DNA from: Actinomycetota bacterium
GTDB taxonomy: Bacteria; Actinomycetota; Acidimicrobiia; Spongiisociales; UBA4744
DNA: 64,000 nt
Direction: 5' to 3'
Assembly: GCA_013152275.1 (NCBI GenBank)
Contig: JAADGS010000073.1
Span: 1-64,000 of the forward strand
Under the pieces are notes generated by a model. It did no database searches, was not told where the DNA came from, and worked only from the letters and a program-made list of their open reading frames with translations. The translations under genes and the position numbers were made by a program. Positions 59,898-64,000 of this stretch are shown piece by piece. Position 1 is the stretch's first letter. Each line of letters starts with the position of its first letter.

Positions 59898-61837
59898 TGA
59901 TGCGCACCCTCCTCATCGCCAATCGGGGCGAGATCGTCGCCCGCATCGCCCGCACCGCACGACGGCTGGGGATCATCCCGGTCGGCGTCTACTCCGATCC
60001 GGATCGGGACTCGCCGGCGCCGGCCCACCTCGACGCCGCAGTCCATCTGCCCGGCGCGACCGCAGCGGACACCTACCTCGACGGTCCCGCTCTCATCGAC
60101 GCGGCGCGCCGTCTCGGCGCAGACGCCATCCACCCCGGGTTCGGATTCCTCGCCGAGAGCGCCGCGTTCGCTTCCTCTGTGCTCGATGCCGGGCTCATCT
60201 GGGTGGGCCCATCTCCACGATCGATCTCTGCCATGGGCGACAAGCTCGAGGCCACCAGGTGCGCCGCAGACGCAGGCGTCCCCGTGCTGCCTTCGATTCG
60301 CCTCGACGATGCCTTCGATCTCACTCGGGTGAACACCGAGATCGGCTTCCCGGCCCTTGTGAAGGCGGCGGCGGGGGGCGGAGGCAAGGGCATGCGACGC
60401 GTCGAGTGTGTCGAGGAACTCGAAGCAGCGATCGCCGCCGCCGGCGGTGAGGCGCTGAGGAACTTCGGTGACGGCACCCTCTACCTGGAGCGGCTTGTCA
60501 GCCCGGCGCGACACGTGGAGGTACAAGTCTTCGGTGACCGTCACGGTCACGTCATCCATCTCTTCGAGCGGGAGTGCTCGATCCAGCGGCGCCACCAGAA
60601 GATCATCGAGGAGGCGCCGGCCCCCGGGCTGGATGGCGCGCTGCGCGACTCCCTCCTCTCCGCCGCCGTGTCCTTGGCCGAATCCCTCGACTACGAGAAC
60701 GCGGGAACCGTCGAGTTCGTCGTCGGCGGAGGCGGCTTCGCGTTCATCGAGATGAACACGAGGCTTCAGGTGGAGCATCCCGTCACCGAGGAGATCACCG
60801 GACTCGACCTGGTGGAATGGCAGCTGCGCGTGGCCCGCGGCGAACCTCTCCCTGCCACCCAGGACCAGGTGCGTCACCGGGGACACGCCATCGAGGCCCG
60901 CCTCTACGCAGAGGATCCCGCCACCGGGTGGGCACCGGGAGCGGGTCGCATGGTCCGGTACCGGCGTGGGCCGGGCCTCGCCCGGTACGAGGAGTCACTG
61001 CGCTCCGGCACGGTGATCTCTCCGTACTACGACCCGATGATCGCCAAGGTGATCTCACACCGTGCCACACGATCCGACGCCGCTGCGGTTCTCGCCTCGG
61101 AGTTGGAGGCCATGCACCTGCACGGTCCCGTGACCAACCGCGATTTCCTCGTCGCCACGCTGCGTCATTCCGCCTTCCTCGAAGGATCCACGACCACCGA
61201 CTTCATCGAGAACCACCCCGGTCTGCTCGATGCCGGGCCCGATGACGCCACCCGCACGATCCATCTTGCCGCTGCCCTCTGGGCCCGCATCCTGAGCAAC
61301 CGCGACGGTGACCGGCACTGGGGTCTCGCCCCGGCCCACTGGCGCAATGTCGCGGCAGAGCGACCCTTCATCATCATCGACGGACGTCGTGTCGAGTACG
61401 TCGTGCAGGAGGACCGCCTCGTCATGGCGATCGACGGTGCACAAGATCTCGAGGCCACGATTCGCGACGGCGGCGTCACCGTCGTCGAGATCGACGGTGT
61501 GTCCACGCCATGCGTGGTTCACCTCGAAGGGGAGAACCTCTGGGTCAACTCGCCCCGAGGCCAGTCACTCTTCGTCGAACAACCTCGCTTCGAGGCGCAC
61601 GACCCGACGTTCGTCGCCGGGGGACCGATGTCCCCGATCCCGGGAACGGTCACGGCGGTCCTGGTGTCGGTGGGCGACGAGGTCGACGAACACAGCGACC
61701 TGGTGATGATCGAAGCCATGAAAATGGAGCACCGCATCCGTGCTCGCGGTCCTGCGGTCGTGGTCGAGGTACTGGTCGCTCCCGGCGATCAGGTCGACGC
61801 GGGGACGCTCCTGGTCCGTCTCGAGGAGAAGGAGTGA
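59897..61837 (+). CDS. Acyl-CoA carboxylase alpha subunit, biotin carboxylase plus carrier (AtuF/MccA-like)
   Basis: IANRGEI, HPGFGFLAE, GGGGKGMR, RECSIQRRHQK, EMNTRLQVEH, EAMKME. Confidence 0.95.
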   Translation: MMRTLLIANRGEIVARIARTARRLGIIPVGVYSDPDRDSPAPAHLDAAVHLPGATAADTYLDGPALIDAARRLGADAIHPGFGFLAESAAFASSVLDAGLIWVGPSPRSISAMGDKLEATRCAADAGVPVLPSIRLDDAFDLTRVNTEIGFPALVKAAAGGGGKGMRRVECVEELEAAIAAAGGEALRNFGDGTLYLERLVSPARHVEVQVFGDRHGHVIHLFERECSIQRRHQKIIEEAPAPGLDGALRDSLLSAAVSLAESLDYENAGTVEFVVGGGGFAFIEMNTRLQVEHPVTEEITGLDLVEWQLRVARGEPLPATQDQVRHRGHAIEARLYAEDPATGWAPGAGRMVRYRRGPGLARYEESLRSGTVISPYYDPMIAKVISHRATRSDAAAVLASELEAMHLHGPVTNRDFLVATLRHSAFLEGSTTTDFIENHPGLLDAGPDDATRTIHLAAALWARILSNRDGDRHWGLAPAHWRNVAAERPFIIIDGRRVEYVVQEDRLVMAIDGAQDLEATIRDGGVTVVEIDGVSTPCVVHLEGENLWVNSPRGQSLFVEQPRFEAHDPTFVAGGPMSPIPGTVTAVLVSVGDEVDEHSDLVMIEAMKMEHRIRARGPAVVVEVLVAPGDQVDAGTLLVRLEEKE

Positions 61838-61839
61838 GC

Positions 61840-63633
61840 ATGCGGCCCATCCGCATCGCAAACATCTCCGGCATGTTCGGCGATCGCCCTTCCGCCGCGC
61901 TGGAAATGTTGCAGGGAGGCGACGTCGACGTCCTCTCCGGCGACTGGCTGGCGGAGCTGACCATGCTGATCATGGCCCGGACGCGAATGCGGCGGCCCGA
62001 TGGAGGCTACGGACGTACCTTCGTCGCCCAGATGGAGCAGATCATGGGCACCGTGCTCGATCGCGAGGTGAAGGTCGTGGTGAACGCCGGCGGCCTCGAC
62101 CCTCTCGGCTGTGCAGAAGCCGTCCGAGAGGTCGGCAACCGTCTCGGGCTCGCTCCCACGGTGGCTGCGATCACCGGCGACGACCTCTCCGGCCGCCTCG
62201 GGGATCTTGCCGCCGCAGGGGCATCGTTCATCAACCTCGACACCGGAGAACCGCTCGACGACAAAACGGACAGGATCCTCACCGCCAATGCCTATCTCGG
62301 AGGCTGGGGGATCGCCTCGGCACTCCGCCACGGCGCAGACATCGTGGTGACCGGCAGGGTCACCGACGCCTCGCTCGCCGTCGGCCCCGCGGCCTGGTGG
62401 CACGAATGGGCGAGGGACGATTGGGATGCACTGGCGGGAGCGGTCGTGGCCGGCCACGTGATCGAGTGCTCGATGCAGGCGACCGGCGGCAACTTCTCGT
62501 TCTTCGACGAGGTACCCGACCTCGACTATCCCGGCTTCCCCTGGGTGGAGATCGCGGCTGACGGGTCGAGCGTGGTCGGTATCCATGAGGGTGCCGGCGG
62601 CGAGGTGTCGATCCCGACGGTGACCTCGCAGCTTCTCTACGAGATCGGGAGTCCCGAGTACGACAACGCAGACGTCACCGCGCGTTTCGACTCTATCGAG
62701 ATCGAGGAGATCGCTCCGAACCGCGTCAGACTCTCCGGGATCAAGGGGCAGCCGCCGCCGCGGACCCTCAAGGTGGCTGCCGCCTACGCGGGCGGTTTCC
62801 GCAACACGATGATGATCGGCCTGACAGGCCTCGACGCCGAAGCCAAGGCAGACCTCTTCTGCCGCCAGTTCTGGCGGGCATGCCCATGGGATCCTGAGGA
62901 CTATGAGGAGGTGCGCACCACGCTCATCGGCCGGGGCGAACAAGATCCGTCGTCGAACGCCGCCGCCGTCTCCTACCTGGAGATCGCGGTGCGCGACCCG
63001 GACGAGGAGAAGGTGGGCCGCTCATGGGCGGACACGGTGGTGCACATCGCGCTCGGCTCGATCCCCGGTCTGTTCGGCGTGTGGCCGCCCCGGAAGGCCT
63101 CTCCCTACGCCATCTACTGGCCGACCCTGATCGATCGAGATGCGGTCACCGACGTTGTTCATCTCGGTGAGAGATCCTTCACCGTACCCGAAACCGATCC
63201 CGGCGAGCGGTTCACCGTGACCGTGGAAGCACCCCGGCTGCCCTCTCCGCCGTCGGGGTCCCTGGTACGGGTCCCCCTGGGACGAGTCGTCGGGACACGG
63301 TCGGGCGACAAGGGTGGCAGCGCCAACCTGGGAGTGTTCACTCGAACCGATGACGGTTACCCCTGGCTCGCAGCATTCCTCACCATCGACCGTCTCGTCG
63401 ATCTGCTCCCCGACCTCGTCGAATACGAGATCGACAGGTACGAACTGCCCCGCCTGCGAGCCCTCAACTTCGTCGTTCACGGCATCCTCGACGAAGGCGT
63501 CGGCTCCTCCCTGCGCTTCGACGCACAGGCGAAGGGTCTCGGCGAGTACCTCCGAGCCAAGTGGATCGAGGTGCCCGCGGCCCTGACGGCGCCGCAAGAT
63601 CGAAACCAGACCGACCGAGAGCCCGGTCGGTGA
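61840..63633 (+). CDS. atuA: Acyclic terpene utilisation AtuA family protein
   Basis: RIAN.SG..GDR, GDWLAELTM, ANAYLG, TGRVTD, GHVIEC, QLLYEI, RSGDKGG, DAQAKGLGE. Confidence 0.9.
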   Translation: MRPIRIANISGMFGDRPSAALEMLQGGDVDVLSGDWLAELTMLIMARTRMRRPDGGYGRTFVAQMEQIMGTVLDREVKVVVNAGGLDPLGCAEAVREVGNRLGLAPTVAAITGDDLSGRLGDLAAAGASFINLDTGEPLDDKTDRILTANAYLGGWGIASALRHGADIVVTGRVTDASLAVGPAAWWHEWARDDWDALAGAVVAGHVIECSMQATGGNFSFFDEVPDLDYPGFPWVEIAADGSSVVGIHEGAGGEVSIPTVTSQLLYEIGSPEYDNADVTARFDSIEIEEIAPNRVRLSGIKGQPPPRTLKVAAAYAGGFRNTMMIGLTGLDAEAKADLFCRQFWRACPWDPEDYEEVRTTLIGRGEQDPSSNAAAVSYLEIAVRDPDEEKVGRSWADTVVHIALGSIPGLFGVWPPRKASPYAIYWPTLIDRDAVTDVVHLGERSFTVPETDPGERFTVTVEAPRLPSPPSGSLVRVPLGRVVGTRSGDKGGSANLGVFTRTDDGYPWLAAFLTIDRLVDLLPDLVEYEIDRYELPRLRALNFVVHGILDEGVGSSLRFDAQAKGLGEYLRAKWIEVPAALTAPQDRNQTDREPGR

Positions 63634-63658
63634 CCAAGGACCGATGTCAGGAGACCCC

Positions 63659-64000
63659 ATGCCATTCACCGAAGATCATCACCACTTCCGACGGGTCGTC
63701 CGGGAGTTCGTCGAGCAGGAGATCAATCCCAACGTCGAGGGCTGGGAGGCGGAGGGGATGATGCCCCTCCACGACGTCTTCTCGGTGATGGGCGACCTCG
63801 GATTCCTCGGCCTCGAGTACGACCCGGAGTTCGGCGGTCAAGGCGCAGACCATTTCTTCACCGTCGTTCTCTCCGAAGAGTTCGGTCGAGCGGACCACGG
63901 CAGCATCGGGATGGCGCTCGGGGTGCAGGTCGCGATGGCGACACCGTCCCTGCACCGTTACGGATCTCCCGCATTGAAGCAGCGGTACCTGGCCCCGGCC
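63659..64000 (+). CDS. Acyl-CoA dehydrogenase (partial, runs off window; AtuD-like)
   Basis: MPFTEDHHHFRRVVREFVEQEI..MGDLGFLGLEYDPEFGGQG..EEFGR..YGSPALKQRYL; SD AGGAG. Confidence 0.9.
   Translation, partial: MPFTEDHHHFRRVVREFVEQEINPNVEGWEAEGMMPLHDVFSVMGDLGFLGLEYDPEFGGQGADHFFTVVLSEEFGRADHGSIGMALGVQVAMATPSLHRYGSPALKQRYLAPA

Overview
A 64-kb stretch of high-GC actinobacterial chromosome (WhiB, GuaB3, DUF2342, AtuA; Acidimicrobiia-like by inference). It is mostly core metabolism: guaB3-guaA, pcrA, tal, sucCD, folD, icd, mdh, HU, sdhCAB, purDECSQLFM plus a convergent purNH, and the start of an atu-like acyl-CoA carboxylase cluster. I saw no tRNA, rRNA, CRISPR array, transposase or prophage. Accessory content of note: (1) an orphan chemosensory-type block (CheA-CheW-REC hybrid, REC-GAF protein, sensor-less kinase) with no MCP, CheR or CheB; (2) two paralogous Tad minor-pilin cassettes (4 TadE, 2 TadG-like) without assembly machinery; (3) a shared CTC(A/G)-N17-(G/T)(C/T)CGATA sigma28/FliA-like promoter motif in front of cheA, the kinase and one Tad cassette, which hints at a dispersed surface-sensing/pilus regulon and is my best candidate for an undescribed system; (4) three families of ~50-bp intergenic palindromic repeats; (5) a membrane-anchored protein with an apparently inactivated Mrr-like nuclease fold next to whiB; (6) an uncharacterised lipoprotein/secreted helical protein pair; (7) a PurE with mixed class I/II motifs and no purK; (8) a recurring leaderless-gene signature. 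All calls are from motif reading only; no searches were run.
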